Positions 25,001 through 40,000 are shown, numbered from the stretch's first letter. The stretch: 64,000 nucleotides of DNA from Thalia democratica (GCA_965202585.1 OZ241829.1:6572001-6636000); one strand, 5' to 3'. The notes: generated by a model from the sequence alone, not told the origin. Numbers and translations are program-made.

Positions 25001-28000
25001 TGAAGTGAATTTTGCTGGAAGTTCTCGTAAATGGCTCGTTGTAAGCGTACTCAATTACCATTCCTTTGTGCTGAAGAAATTCAAAGATTATTAAAAAGTT
25101 CAATACGTTCTTTACTTTTATGTTAAACAGTATACATAAATGACGGTCCTACTCAAGTAGTACTGATGTAGTCAAGTTATATTTTTATGTAATTATTGAA
25201 ATAATTCCTTAAAGTTTAAATTTAATTTTACAACTATGAACTAACCGAAGGCAAAGTTTCAGTTTTGTTTCCACCGAAATCAATAAAATCGTCACTGATC
25301 CATTTGTCAATGACGTCCTTTGTATTTTCCTCTTCGCTTATAAAGTACCCATCATACACTGAAAATTTTAGTAGGTTGATTATTTGTAGTCTATATTTTC
25401 TAAATTATGCAATTAAAACGTAAGAGTTTATATATAAAACTAAGCCACTAGGAACCAGCACATACAGATATTCATACAACTATAAACAATAACAAATAAA
25501 ACAAAACTCACTTTTATCAGGAATGAAAGGTCCAGGAACTGCAAAAAATAAAAACATCAAAAACTTGTTCAAAGCTTTAAAAAACAAAACAAAAAATCAA
25601 CACTAGTTTAATAACAAGTTTACAAAAGCAACGTTAAAGTAGCAATTATAGTATTTTAATTTGGATTGAAATGTTAACAATATTTATATATATATTTGCT
25701 TCATATTCTAACTATGATGTCACACTCACCTCTGACGTGCACCGGTGACGTGATGTCGTCAAAACCCCCTGTGACGTCATCATCCTCGTCCTCCGTGATC
25801 AGCCACAGGTTGATGTTCTGCTCTATGACGTCATCGTTCGCAGCGTCGCCGGTGGAAACTCTGTACGTCACGCTTGGCTTGTCGGCGTCGATTTCGAGAG
25901 AGTCGATGACGTAATGCGAGAGACCCGATCTCTCGTCCAACAGCTTCTTGCCCTGAAAGTGAAATTAATGTTTTAGCTTATAGTATGATTATACATTGAA
26001 TTTAGAGAGAAACTTTTTTACTTTTGGTTGATTTTAAATTTTTAGGAACTTTAATATTGTGTTCTTTTTAAGTATTTTACTCATACTTCATTTTGTTAGA
26101 CAACTAAATTGTTAATTAGTTTGTACTTTTTGTACAGCAGCTTAAGAACTTTGTTTATGGCTTAGTTTTATTTGTCAGTGAACCAAAAATATTTTAATAA
26201 AATTTATTATTTAATTTAGCAAGGTTCCAAAAAAGAAAAACCCGGTAAAAAAAGTTTTTACGAACTATAACTTACAGTTTCTATTGAAGCATATTTCTCA
26301 ATAGCTGATGGCTCAAACCGAATTTCAATATCAAACCTCCTAAGTGCTGTAAAAATATATATGTTTTCAGTAAAAGTAAAGTTAGTTCAACTTTTTACTA
26401 AGAACACATTGATTGGCTGTAGGATAATAACAAAGCAAAATTTTACTTTTGTGTAATAAGTTATAAAAAAAGTATACTCCTTTTAAAGCTTGTATGAAAA
26501 GCTTCAAAACATAACTCGTTGTTTTGAAAACAAGTATCATTGTTTACTTTGCTAATGATAATACATCTACCATTTTATTTAAAACTTATACAAGAAAAAA
26601 ACAGTTTCAATCTTTATTTTGTCACATTACAAACCTTGCACGGTAGAATCCGGGTACTTTTCGTTTACTTCAACCGGATCGAATCCGGGAAGAACGTTCA
26701 AATGAGCAAGCAGTTGATCTTCTTCTGTGTGTTCGAAGTAAATCACTCCGTTGTTGATCGCAGGGTCCATCAGCAAATACTTGTCGATCTGAGCAATTTA
26801 TTTCGTTATTTTGTTGTTTAAATCGCACTACTGATGAGAGAGTACCACGATAATTTAACAGTTGTAATGTTGTTGTTGTTAAAACTTTTATCATTTAACA
26901 ACATACGCTTATGAGACTTAAGGTATCAAGACATGTTGTCTTGGAAATTTGTTTAACCAATGTAACTAAAGATGCACGAAAATAATAAAGTAAAAGTCTC
27001 AGCTTGAGTTGTATATATAAATCTAAAACTTAAACATGACTAAACAGTTTTAAATTACAACATTCATCCTAAAACACTAGAATAAATTTTACAACAAACA
27101 AACCTTTTCAACGTATTCGGCAAGCACAAGCGGGTCTTCGGGCTCGTACAGTTTCTGAAGATCAGAATACTCGAATTCGGGGATTACCGCGGATATGATC
27201 TTCTCCTTGACTATCTTCTTGGGAGTCGTGACTTCTTGTGTTGTAATTTCGACCGTGGTCGTTGGCTCAGGTGTAGTTGCTTTCTAAAATTTAGAAATTT
27301 TATAAACTTCAGCTGAATAGAAGTATTTTAGTTTTACTTAGATACATTCGGTCTGAAAAACACACAATTAATTAAAAACTTAAACAATAGGTTTTTATTA
27401 GGTAAAAACGACTTACAAATTTTCTTGTTATACTAACCTGCGTTAAAACACTTAAACTATCAAAAACACAAAACATAAACCTAACAAAAAGCTTAACAAC
27501 TTGTACTTTATACTTAGTACAAGGTCAGCCCTATGGGAAAAAATAGATAAATTAGTCACTAAAAAAGTTCAATTAAACTATAGTTATACATTTTAATCAA
27601 ACAAAACTAACAGTAGTTATTTCCACAGTTGTCTCTTCCACAGTAGTAATTTCAGGGGTTGTGGGCTCAGGAGTGGTTGTCGTGGTAGCTTCAGGAGTCG
27701 TTGTTGGTTCAGGTGTTGTTTCAGGTTTTGTGGTAACCTCAGGCGTTGTTGTTATGGGTTCCGTGGTAACCTCAGACGTTGTTGTCATGGGTTCCGTGGT
27801 AACCTCAGGCGTTGTTGTCATGGGTTCCGTGGTAACCTCAGGCGTGGTTGTCATGGTTTCAGTGGTAACCATGGTAGTTGTTGGTACGGGTTCAGGAGTT
27901 GGTGGTGTTGGCTCCTCAGTGGTTACCTGTGAATGAAAAAATAAACAGTATTACTTATTTAAAAAAATTAGATAACAAAACTATTAAAACTTCGTTGTAT

Positions 28001-31000
28001 ATGGAAAAACAAGTACTTAAAAAAGTTTTCAAGTTTTCAATTTAAAATATCGATTTAAGACTTTTACAAAATACTTACCTCCTTTGTTGTTATTTCAGGA
28101 GTTGTTTCCGGTTGAGTGGTTTCCACAAAGGTTGTCGTAGCAACATGAGTGGTTTCCATGGTAGTGTCAACGAAGGTGGTTTCCTTCTGGGTTGTCATGG
28201 CAATTGTGGTGACCAGGTCCAATCTCCAATCATGAGGTCGTCCTGTGTTAATTTTTAATACAATTGCAATAAAAAACAAATTAATAAAGTTCTTGAACCT
28301 TTGGTAGATTTTTAAGCAAAAAACTAATAAACTATTTAGCACAATAAAATAAATTGTCTTTAACATTCTTCTAAAACTTTTTTACACTAAAGAAACATTT
28401 TTAACGACGAACCGATGATGCGGTATCCCCTTGTCTTGTCCGTGCTGTTGGGGCCGAAAGGAGGGTCGAAATCGTACATGAAGTTCATCGTCTGCGCCAG
28501 GATACCCGTCCACCAGGGGTGCGGAATCGATGGGGATCCCTTGGGCGCGTCCAGGTATATCTGAAATGAAAAAAAGAAAAATAAATTTCACGTTGTTGTG
28601 TGGTCTCAATGGCGTCTGCGTGCGGTTTCAAGTGTTTGAAGTATTAATCATGTTTTGAACTATAATAGGAACAAAAGTAATCTTTAAAGAGTATATCAAT
28701 TGTTCATTGTTCAAACATTATTAGCCTAAAAACTAACTAATAAAAACGAACAATGTTCAACAGGTATATTTATGACGGTATAAAATAAAAAAATAAATAG
28801 ATAAAATATTTAGGTTAAAATTTTACAATTACGCTAATAAACTTACTTCGACAGTAACAGTGTCGTTGTCTTGCTCTGGCTTTTTATACACTCTGTTGAA
28901 GTGAATACTTTCAACTTCACCGTCTGGATAGTAGACTTTTGGATCTTTCAAATACTTCGTGTACTGTTAGTATTGCAAAACAAATGTTACAGGGTCAGTT
29001 TATACTATTTATTTTGCAAGGTTAAAAGCTAAAGTTGAGTATTACTTTCAGGCGACGTGGAAGACATTAAGCTAACTTATTAATTAGTTTTTATGCGTAC
29101 TTTTATTTACTTGCTACTTTTAATTAATTTCAGATTGCTCTTTGACGACTTTTCAGAAAACGTACCACCTTGGTTAAGTTAGAAAGCAGTTTGCTCACAT
29201 TGATAAGCAACTCGTATTTAAGTTATTTGTGTAATTTTTTTATTTTCAAGCCTCGCTACCGTCCTAGAAAATTTGTTCAATTTTTAACGCGCAGAAAAAA
29301 TATTATTTTTTTCTCATTGATGTACAAAATTCTTGAAATATCTTAAAAACATTTTAAATTCTGTTTGATTAAGAACTTTACTGTCGCTAAAAATCTCACT
29401 AGAACCATAGACTAACATAGTAAAGTATTTTTTTTATGAATATATCCGTGAACTAATAAACTAATCAACTTAATATAAACTTAACAAACTCTAAATTATT
29501 CAATCACAATTTCAGACTCACCGCATCCACCAGCTCCTTGACTGCTCCTTCCGGCAACTCCGTTTCGTTTTGGGGGATTACCATTTCGAACTCGGCGGTG
29601 AACAGCCTCCTCTCGTCGGGGGTAGTCCCGGCGGACGTCACTTCGTTCACGAACTCGGGTTTCCTGCCGCGGTACGGTTCCTTCATCTCGATCTCTTTGA
29701 ACTTTTCAGGATCGTAGTTACGCTCTTTGATGTCCAGCTGTTAAAAGTTAGTTATGTTATTGTTGGTTATGTGATTTCTGGTATATTTTTTGAAACTTTA
29801 AGAGTTTGTTTCGGGGTCTTATTGTGTTTTTTTTTCTACCAGACTGAAATAAAAATAGTTTCGTTCAGTTATTTAAATCAAACTTTTTAACTTTTTTTGT
29901 TTAAGATGCTCAAAATTTAAAAAATATCATTATCAAGTAAATAATTTTTCTTCAAAAAGGCAGAATTAAGAATATAATTTTACTTTTTACAAAGTAAAAC
30001 ATTTAATTTTTGTATAGTTTTTTACATTTTTTGTATAATTACTATTAATTTGAGCTTTTCAACCATATAAACTAGCTGAAAATTTAGCAATTCTGCCATA
30101 TTAAACCCGCAAACTTCATTTTTCTCACAATTCACATCAAACCTTGAAATGAGCGGTGACAACGTCCCCTGGCCCGTCCTGCAAGTACTGCACCTCCAAG
30201 CCGTCCACTCCTTCCGTGCCCTCCAACAGAACGTTTTCCAGGTACCCCTTCAGCTGGTGCTCCTTGTCCGTATCCCACTTGTACATCCTCATCCGGTCCT
30301 CGTGGTCCCTCATCACTTCCAGCTTGGCTTCGGGGTCCAACGAGACGTCCATCTTGCCGATGACTGCGACCGTTTTGGCTGCAAAGCGAAAGTGACAAGT
30401 TGTTAACTGAGTTAACTATTGTTTTGGATGAACAACTTTTTAAAATTGTTTACCATGCAATTTTTGTGTTTAGTCTATAAACAGTCTATAAATGTAAATA
30501 CTTTAATAAAAGGGTTTTGTCTACAACGACAATAAAAGTGTAATGCTCAAAGTTTAGTTTTGCTTTTCTTCTTGTATTTTACATATTGTCTTACAGTACT
30601 ACTACTTTGTTTTTAAGTTGAAATAAAAAAAAAACGAATAACAGACGGTATTACCGCATAAATGTTGATGAAAGAAAAATAAATTAAAAACTATTTTACC
30701 TTCTTCGTTGTCTTCTACATAATTGCTGTAGGGGTATGTGGTTATGTTCGCGTTGCTATTGTTAAGGGTAAGCACGTCTGGTACGTTGCCGTAGTAACCG
30801 CTTCCTTCGGGGTCCGAAGAACCTGACCCCTCGAATCCCGATCCTTCCATACCACTTCCTGAATTTCCGCTTCCGAGGAACATTGGGTCGTAGAAATCTA
30901 AAAATAAAAATGAAAATAATCTTCTGTGACTGGGAAAATTAGAAAAGTTTAAAGCTCAAGCGTGAGGAATTTATAATAAAAATGCTTTTGTACTTTACGT

Positions 31001-34000
31001 ACTTAATAAATTCATTTCTTTCTTTATTACTTATATTTTATCGTAACATATCTATTTCAGTTTTACATACAGAATACTTTCAACTTTGTATAAGTAGTTG
31101 TTTCCTATCATTGTTTACAACAAATTCGTATTAATTGGAGCTGTGGCTTACTGTAAAGTGTGTAGTTCATCTTGTTGTTCAATTCAAAATGTCTTCTGAG
31201 CTCCTCAGTCAATTCAAACGGAGTGAAATGATGTTTTTTATCCACCACAACCTTTCCAATCATCTTATTGAGTTTGTGGTCGAACCTTTCAATTGATTAT
31301 AAGAAACTTTTTTAATTGATACAAAAATAAAAGATACAAAAACGTTAGTTGAAGAATTGCTTTATTAACGTGTCAAATATTTGTATAAAATTACTAAAGA
31401 TCACAAGGTACTATATGTTTCACCTCAGGAACTCAACACTCTTGAACAGTCCGGATTTGAACGTTTTGAGCAAGTCGTTAAGTTGTTCGCTCAACTCGTT
31501 CTTGGAGCTCTTTGAGAGCTTGATCTTTTTGATGTCTTCAAGAAGATCAGTTTCAAAGAAAAACTCGCGATCCACATCGATTCTAACTGTGCTTTGTATG
31601 TACCTGCAACACGTTGAGAAACTAAGTCTCAGGCACTTTATAACAAAAGTTCTTTAACTTAAACTTCTACTACTTTAGAACAACCATAATAAAAAGTATA
31701 ACTTAGCCTCAAAATTGAGCTATTTGTTGTTAATTGATATTTGTTTGTTTCATTTTGATCAACCGAAAAAATGTAAATGATGTTATACTTTTTGAAAGCA
31801 CGTTTAGCTATTAAAAGTTTTCAAGTAGGTTTACAATTGATAACGAAAATACAAAGCTACAACATGTTTTAGTTTGTAATTTTTTCAACCGGATCAAATT
31901 AATAAAATGTGAAACTTCAAACGCACTGTGGACGATTTTTCTTGTAGTTGTCCAGCAAAAAAACGTCCACGAGCACCCGAGGGTCTTCCAAGTCCGTCTC
32001 CACATCGAAATACTTCATGACCGTTCTTCCGTTGTAAGGCCCGAAGTATTCGGGTTTCGGCGCCACGAAGTAATGGCTGAGAAGGTACGGAACAATGTGA
32101 TGCTCCACCTGACAAAAAAAACGTTATTTTGTTGTTTTCATAAAACAACACTCTTGAGCGTCTTGTTGTTGAAAAATAACGTTCTCACACTACAAAAGCG
32201 TTGTGTCAGGTTAAACTTTTTGATCAACAGTTTACCAGTTTGGTATTTTTGATCGTCGCCGGTCAACTAGCATCAACTTGATAAAGAAAAAATTTACCTT
32301 TAAATACTTTGTAACACTCACTTCATATTTAGCGTTTCTGTAAGTTGCGTTGTAAACTTGAGAAGTTTCGTTGTTGGAAACTTGGTACATTTGGTCGTTA
32401 TCCAACGTTACATCGCTCGTCACAAACTCCCCATTGTACACGCCTTTTAAAAAAACGAACATTGTTTACACATAACATGCAGTTTAATAACGAAAAAGAT
32501 TGTTATATATATATATATATACATAGTATACTTTTGTGGCTGAGAGCAGTTATTTTAAGTTTTTAATAATAAGACGTTGTGTACTACGCGTTTAAAAAAC
32601 ATGTATTTGATTAGTTGTTTTCGAATGCTTTTAGTGTATTGTACAATATGACACCATCGGCCATAAAACCTTGTAATTATACTTGGTCGAAAAAACAAGA
32701 GTAACTCTGTACGAAACGTATGTTATTGTTTTACGAAAAATTTTAAAACTAACTTGTGACAAACGGGTAAGTCCCGACCATTGTGGAGATCTTGAAGGTT
32801 CCCGGTATTATCTTCATCGTTGTGTCTTAAAATATTACATATACATTTTTTTATGCTTATGGTATACTGTTAGCGATACGGGCATAACTTTCAAGATGTA
32901 GTACAACAAAATGTTAAAGCTTTATAAAAAATAAGTTGGTTTAAATGTGCTTGTAACAAAGCTCACAAAATTTGAAATTTCAAAGAAAGTGTTGATTAAG
33001 TGCGCAAACGGCGTTTATAGTGAACTGATATGAAGCTCACTTTCATCTTTGACTTGTTCCAGCAGTTCGTTGATGACAGGCGCCAGGTTGGTGTAAGTCG
33101 AGGCGTCGTCGAACGCGCATTCCACTGCGAAGAAAAACAACTTCTGCTCGTCGAAATCTTTCCCTGGGATCGGCAGTGGAGTCCTGTTAGCAGTTAACAT
33201 TCTTGTTGCATTTAAAGTCTTTTAACTAAAATATACAGGAACTGTGTCAGTTGGATAATATAAAACAATATTATTACTTGTGCTGTTTCAAGCCGCTTAT
33301 AAGCTTTCATTTACTGTATATCTTATATCAAAAACTAGACTATACAGTCTATACGTTCTTACCTTTTATAACTAACAAACTTAAATATCATTCCATATGG
33401 AATCAAACCGTGTTTAGAAAAGTTACCAGCTTAAGTTATACTCAAACAGCGAAAACATGTAAGCAGCAAAACAAACTGGAAATGGTCGATCCATCTGACC
33501 GTGATGCCGTCTCTTCCGTCCATCCCAAGCTCCTGGTACCTTCTGACGAGGCGTTCCGTGTAATCGAAGAACTCCCTCCTGTCTTCGTAACCCGTCACCG
33601 CTCCTTCTCCCACAAACATTCTTTCCACGTTGGAAGCTTGCACTCTCGAGACGCTGCAACGACGTCAGAGTTTTATAACTTTAAGTTTTCAAGTTAAAGT
33701 AAGGTTACGTTTACGACTGAACGCGCTAAGTCTTGGATGCAGTACAAGACGCGTCTTGTAAGCAACTTTTATGACTTTTAACCCGCGCGTTTAACACGTT
33801 GTCGTATGTTGTGGGTGAAAGTTTAAAGAAATTTAATTTATTGTTTATTCATCATATTACCTCACGTTAAGATCGGTATCGTTGAGTTTCGTTTCCGCGA
33901 ACTCCATCAGTTTCTCCTCCACAATCGCCCTCGACTGCACGAGCGGTGCATCTGTGTGAATTTTTACCTGGGCGCTGAAATCTTTCATGTTTTCTTTCTT

Positions 34001-37000
34001 AACCTTCAAGTGGTCACGGACCGGCTCGAAGTAGTCGATTTGCACCGTCGATTGGCTCAAAAATTCTTCGCCCAGCGCCATCCTTATCTGCGACGTTAAC
34101 AAATAAATTAAAATTTTTGTAAAACTGTAAAAAAAAATCTGTTAAAACGGTTATTGTTGTATGGATCAAAATTACTAGTTTGGATTGAGTTTAGTTGAAT
34201 AATTAAACAATTTACTCTACTTTTTTAATAAAACTAAACATAAGCAAAAATATAGATCTAAAAACATTAAGGTTCAAAAACATTACCATGTGTTGCTCTA
34301 GTAAGATTTGTTTAAAAACTCATAGTAATATTTACTGCTTGTTTTGAAAAGACAAAATATTCAGGTTGGATGCGTATACAACTGTAAAATGCACAGACTC
34401 ACCATTTGTTCAATGTCTTCTTTTTGCTGTTTGAAGTATTCGCTGTCTGGATCCTTGAACAAATCAATCATGTCTCCACCTTCAGGTAGCTTTCCATCGT
34501 CAAAAGTGAACTCTATCTTCACATTGAAGTTGTTGGTCAGGTTCTCAGGTCTCAGGATTTCAGGTTTTGTGACTGTGAAAAAATTCAAGACCGCATTGAG
34601 TACTATATTTTTAATTAAGTTCACAGTTTATACTAATAGACTTTAGTTAGGTTATTAAATAAGGTTAACCCCAATTCTCTAAGTAAAAATTGTTGAAAAA
34701 AAAATCTCAAAGTTTCAGTTAATGTGACTGAATGAAAAATACTAGTTTAAAAAGAAAAATTAAAACAAGTATGCCTATAAAATATAGTTTTTTTAAGACT
34801 AAATATTTTTTTTTGTACACTCACAGTATATCTCGATATTTTCGAGCTTGTTTTCCTCATTTCCATCTTGTTGTGATGTCATAATCTCGTTCAATTCTTC
34901 CTCCAACAACCTTGGCGTGACGTCATCGTACTGATCCAGTTGCACGTCGAAAGTGATGACGTCATTAACAATCGGATGACCTGCGAAGTTGCTGACGTCG
35001 CCGATCAAATCTCGTGCGTCAAATATTGATGACATCTAAAAAAAGTTGGTTTTGGAAAAAGCTATAAACTAAATTTTCAAAGTATTCTGTTTTCAGGTTT
35101 AAACGATTTCTACTTAAACTTTACAGATAACTGTTGGAATATAAAAATTTAAATGAAGTCGTGCAACAAAAACTTTAAAGACTACTGACTTTTTGCTTAA
35201 CATCTTCAATATCTCCATTGAAATCTCCGACTAATACTTTTCCGAGATACTTTCTTGAAATTCCGACATCTAGTGTTTCTTTTACCATTGGTACTAAAAA
35301 TATAGATACAAAATGTCTATTATTTTTATTGTGATATTTTGCAGAAAATTTTGATTTAAATAAAAGATCAAATAAAGTAAAAAGAAATCTGTTAACTTAA
35401 TTTGTTAGTTCATAAGTTTCGTATATGTGACTTATATATAAATCAAGCAAACTTTTAAAGTAGTCTCTTATTTCATCTTCAATCTGTTGCCTCTGCACTC
35501 TCAGCGGGTGCACATCGTCTTTCACACCGATGGTCATGTGCGCCATCAACGTAGAAGTCCAGTTTCGACTCGATTCGTAGTATTCTACTTGACTGTCGTC
35601 TGTAAAAAAGTTGGTATACTCAAATATTTGCATTGAAAGTTGTTTGCACGCAAAGTATTTTTAGAACAATTTTCGACTGTATTTGTAATAATAATACATT
35701 TTTTAATTTATTTGCAATGTTTAGTTTGACAGTATTGTAAAACTAAAAAGTAAATTTTTTAAATTTAAAAAACAAAAACCTATTTATACAATTGGAAAAT
35801 CGGATTGGAGAAATATAAAAATTAAATACTTATTGGTGTTTTTCACATTTAAAGGTATATATTTTAATATATTCTATTGACTGTCGTCTGTAGATAAATA
35901 TCATTATACCTAAGTATGAACTACTAGTAAGAATTTAACTTTTTTTTGTTTACAATTTTCAATTTAGATTAATTTGCTTGAAAATGATTCGTTTTACTTA
36001 ACTTGAAAGTTGTCCTTTAGAAGAAGAACAGAAAAATAACATTAACGATTAGAATAACAATTACCATATTTGTGAGATTTAGATTGATTTAGATATGTAT
36101 CAGTACACTTTATGAGTGAAAAAATTATTAAAGCAAATTGATACAGTCGTGCATTAATAAATAATCAACAATATTTTTCTAAGAAACCGATATTAAGTAA
36201 TTCATGATCGGTGGTGGACAACAAAGCTTCTTTCAAGGTAGCGCTGCTGAGCAGTAAATCTTCTGAATTGTCCTTCTTCATTATCGATCTGATCTGTTGA
36301 GGTGTGAATCCCATCATCTTTATGGAGGCTGTTTGAAAATAATGACCTTAAGATTTCTGCACACTGTTTGTGCATGTAGCTACGTTAAGATTTAAATGTA
36401 GCTTCGGAAAAAATATTATAAATACATTGTTTTGTTATCGTTTTATTTTTTTAATGAAACTATACTTAACAACTACCAAAAACTTGATAAATTTATTTAC
36501 AAAAATAGTACAATATCATTAAGCTTTTAGCACAAGCTAAAAACGAAACAATTTTTAGAACGGAATTAAAGTTTATTATTACCTTGCACGGGCAACCCTT
36601 TCACCACATTGAAAGGTTTGACGTCAACCACATCGAATTTCAGTTTGAAGGAGTTTCTCTTCAGAGTCCTGATTATGTTGGTTGGCGAAGTGTCGAACTC
36701 AGACTCGGAAGACTCCAGTATCAGGTTGATCATGTCAGTGTCGTTTTCCTGAATTTAAAATATAAAGTTTAGATGGATATGTTAATGGTTTAAATAAATT
36801 TAAAGTTTTAAATTTACTATATATTTCAGTGTACTTACAATGTGTAGAATTAAAACATCGTACTAAATTGACAAACAAGAACACATAAAACTGCACAAAA
36901 GTTTGTTTAATTAAGTCTTACTATTCTATTAAAGTTATTCTTTTCAAAATAAGTTACCATAATTTAATTGTGTAAAGTTAAACTCAGCATCTTTGTTAAG

Positions 37001-40000
37001 TAGCAATTGCATGTGAAAAACTCTTTGATAATTGTTTTAGCGATCACATAACAACTTACTATTCACCAAAAATTAAATTATAATTATGTTCAGAACCTGC
37101 ATTTAAAAATACTTGATAAATTCAAAACTAATTATGTACCAGATAGCAGTTTTATGTAAGAAGAAACTATTTTGGTTAATAAAAAAAGTTCAGTATCTCA
37201 CCGTTCTGTCGTCAAATGTAACTTTCATGTCGTATAGGGAGCTGTCCAGCTGAGACTCGACTTCCTCGATCGCCTGCTTGATCTTATCTTCTTCTTCTTT
37301 CTCCGGGTGCTTATCACTTAGTTGCACTCTGAGCTTTCTCTTTTCTGTATAAAAAAGAAAAAAAGTTTAGTTAAAGTTTTATTAGTATAATACAGTATTT
37401 GCTTGATGAACTTAACTTAATAACAAGACAACTATTATAAATAAGTGTAAGAAACTAGTTCTTATATAAACATGTATGTTTAAAACTATTAAAAAAATAT
37501 TTACAATTTAAAGCTAACCTGATTTTTCAACTGCGGCATCCTTCAACGAGTCAGTATCCAAGTTTTCAAGAACTTCTTTCAGAATGTCGTCTAGTCGGTC
37601 CTTATTTGTGTTTTTGTCGAAGTTCTTCACGTCAAAGTGTATTCTTACTCTGTAAAGATATGTTTTGTGTAAAGTTGAAAACAGTTTGTTTAAATAAGCT
37701 ATCATCATAGTATTTAACTTAGAGTGTTTATGACGTACAAAATTTTTAAAAGTTTGAGTTTAAATCTAAAAAATCAGAACTAGGAAAGGTTTTAAGTACA
37801 GTTACATTTTCACGCAGTGAAGAAGAAACAAATACTAACTACTGTTTTATAAAAAAACAAGTTTCATTGTACAAAAGTATCAGAATCTTTTTACCTCGAA
37901 GACATTTCTTCATCGGGCTCAAAATACAAGAACTTCAACTTGACTCCGTTCAGTTTCTCCTTCAACTGTTCTTCCGCGTCATCGAAACTCTTTGTGACGT
38001 CATTCTCTAGCTCCTTCCTCTTACTTGACTCCTTCTCGTTGACGATACTGAACACGTGTTCGGGGTCTACCCTGACGACCATGACGTAGTTGGTGGTGGT
38101 TGCCAGGCGACGCGGGGGCGGAAGGGGTGGCGATATGGGGGGAGGCACGGGCGGGGGGAACCTCGTTGAGATGTGGGGAGGGGTGGTGGGTTGAGGGGTC
38201 ATGGTGGGGATGGGAGGTGGAGGGCTGATGGTGGGGGGTGGCGGTGGCAGTGTGGGGAAAGTACCTGAATCGAAAAAAAATTACAAAAAACGTGTACAAG
38301 CATGTATCTGTGTTGGTAAAAAAGTTAGTACAATGTTCGATGGCAGTTGTTGTAAAAAAGCATTGGTATATTTTCTATCAAAATTAGTTTTGAATATTTT
38401 TCTTATTGTATCAGAGTAAGTGCGGAAACAAAATAAACCAAGTTCATGATTCATGAAATGTTTAAGTTGAGTAAAACTATAAAAAAGAACTTCGTTGTAG
38501 AAGTCTACAGTACATATTTTTTGTATATTCTTACCAGTTGCGTTTAGTGCGAAAGGTTCAGATCTGGCAGTCATGTTGTTGGAATGCGTGGTGAAATACA
38601 CAATAAATTTGTCACTCTTCTTTATCTTATTTATTTCTGATAATTCAACTTCTATCTCCATATTCTCTTCTTCTCTGTCTCTGTTAAAACATTAAAACAT
38701 TTTTAGTATGGTCATACCACTTTATGATTATTTTCTAAAGTTATAGTTTTAAGATCAATGTTTGAGAATTTAGTTGTAGGAACTATTATTTCATTAAATA
38801 TTTTTTTTTGCACTAACACAACAAAGTCTTTGAACATCAAATCTTCCTGATCTGCTTCTGTGGTGTTGTACAACTCCACGGTGTAGTAATCTTTGTCGCC
38901 AGCTGCCGGATAAATTGTAAAGTTTATGCTCGTTTCGCCTCGCTTGAACTCGGCGTTTGTCACCGGTCTAGGTTCTGTAAAGATACATTTTTTAATTTTC
39001 AAAGGTCGAAAAAAGTTTAAAGTTTGAAGCTAGTACAATTTTTTGCTACGTTAAATAATGATGAATTTTTTTTTTTGAACTTTCTGCAATGAGGTGTTCC
39101 AAAAACTAAAACTTTGTATGTTTGTTATGATAAATGATAGTTGTTAGCTTATCGTCTAAAACGACAGTAAAATGCAACGAAAACAGTTTTAAGTTATTGA
39201 AGATAATTATATTAACACTACTTACTGTTATTGTCATCACACACATTTCTATTACAGTGCAGTTAAAACAAGCTGTTTTTGAGTTTAATGAGCTAAATAT
39301 TTAAAGTTTATCTCACTGGTAGTGACGTGGTCTTCGTACTTATCGGTCATTCCATTGTAGTAGGTTGGAGTGTAAATGACGTAATATTTTCTGCCGGGAA
39401 TCGCAATCTCATCAAACGTAAATTCGCTGACGTCAGAATCGGTTATTGTCGTTTTTTCCAACGTTATATTCCTGTTTTATTATTGTTATATACAATAATT
39501 CGTTAAAGTTATACGAATTACATTATTATCTTTAATTGTTTTCTATCCTTAGTTCAAACTAACTTTGGTTTTTGTTTGTGATTTTATTTAAGTTATACAT
39601 GTTTGTTGTTTGCTTGAAAACGATTTGTTTTGTTATTAAACTGAGAAATGCAATACATTTCAAAGCAATTTTTATAACTAAAAATTTTTTTGTTGATAAA
39701 ACATTGTTCATAAAATAAACCTAATACTATAAAATATATTCTTAAAATTTTAAAGGTAAAAAATCAGCAAACTCTTCATAAGACAGCAGTTGGAATCTTG
39801 AAGATTCAACGTTTTTGTTCGGATTCCAAGTTACGTTGAGAAGTGATTTGTCCGCTTCTTTCACATTTAGTTTAATTGCTGCGAAGAAATACAAGTGTTT
39901 AAATAATAATATTATTTAAATTGAAGTACTTAACACCTAACCCGCAACTTTTAAAATATAACAAGTACACAAAACATTTTCAGTTATGAGAAAAGTATAA

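Larger units (their letters stand above)
21475..25127. repeat. Segmental duplication, source copy (last 7 exons plus 3' UTR)
   Basis: Colinear with 3643-7280 through exons and introns. Homology begins at taagtttatctattattc and ends at ttatgttaaa in both copies. Confidence 0.95.

Noticed and set aside
29570-30406. Multiple overlapping ORFs on both strands (29570-29890, 30132-30398, 30149-30406, 30156-30395)
   Set aside because: These are shadow frames of GC-rich exons; only the frame continuing the spliced gene has matching splice phases.
33251-33697. 148-aa plus-strand ORF, the longest in the track
   Set aside because: It is the antisense shadow of exon 33477-33653 extended through AT-rich intron; the composition is intron-like and has no motif.
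38021-38419. His/Pro-rich (minus) and Gly-rich (plus) ORFs
   Set aside because: Alternative frames of the C-rich polyproline exon.
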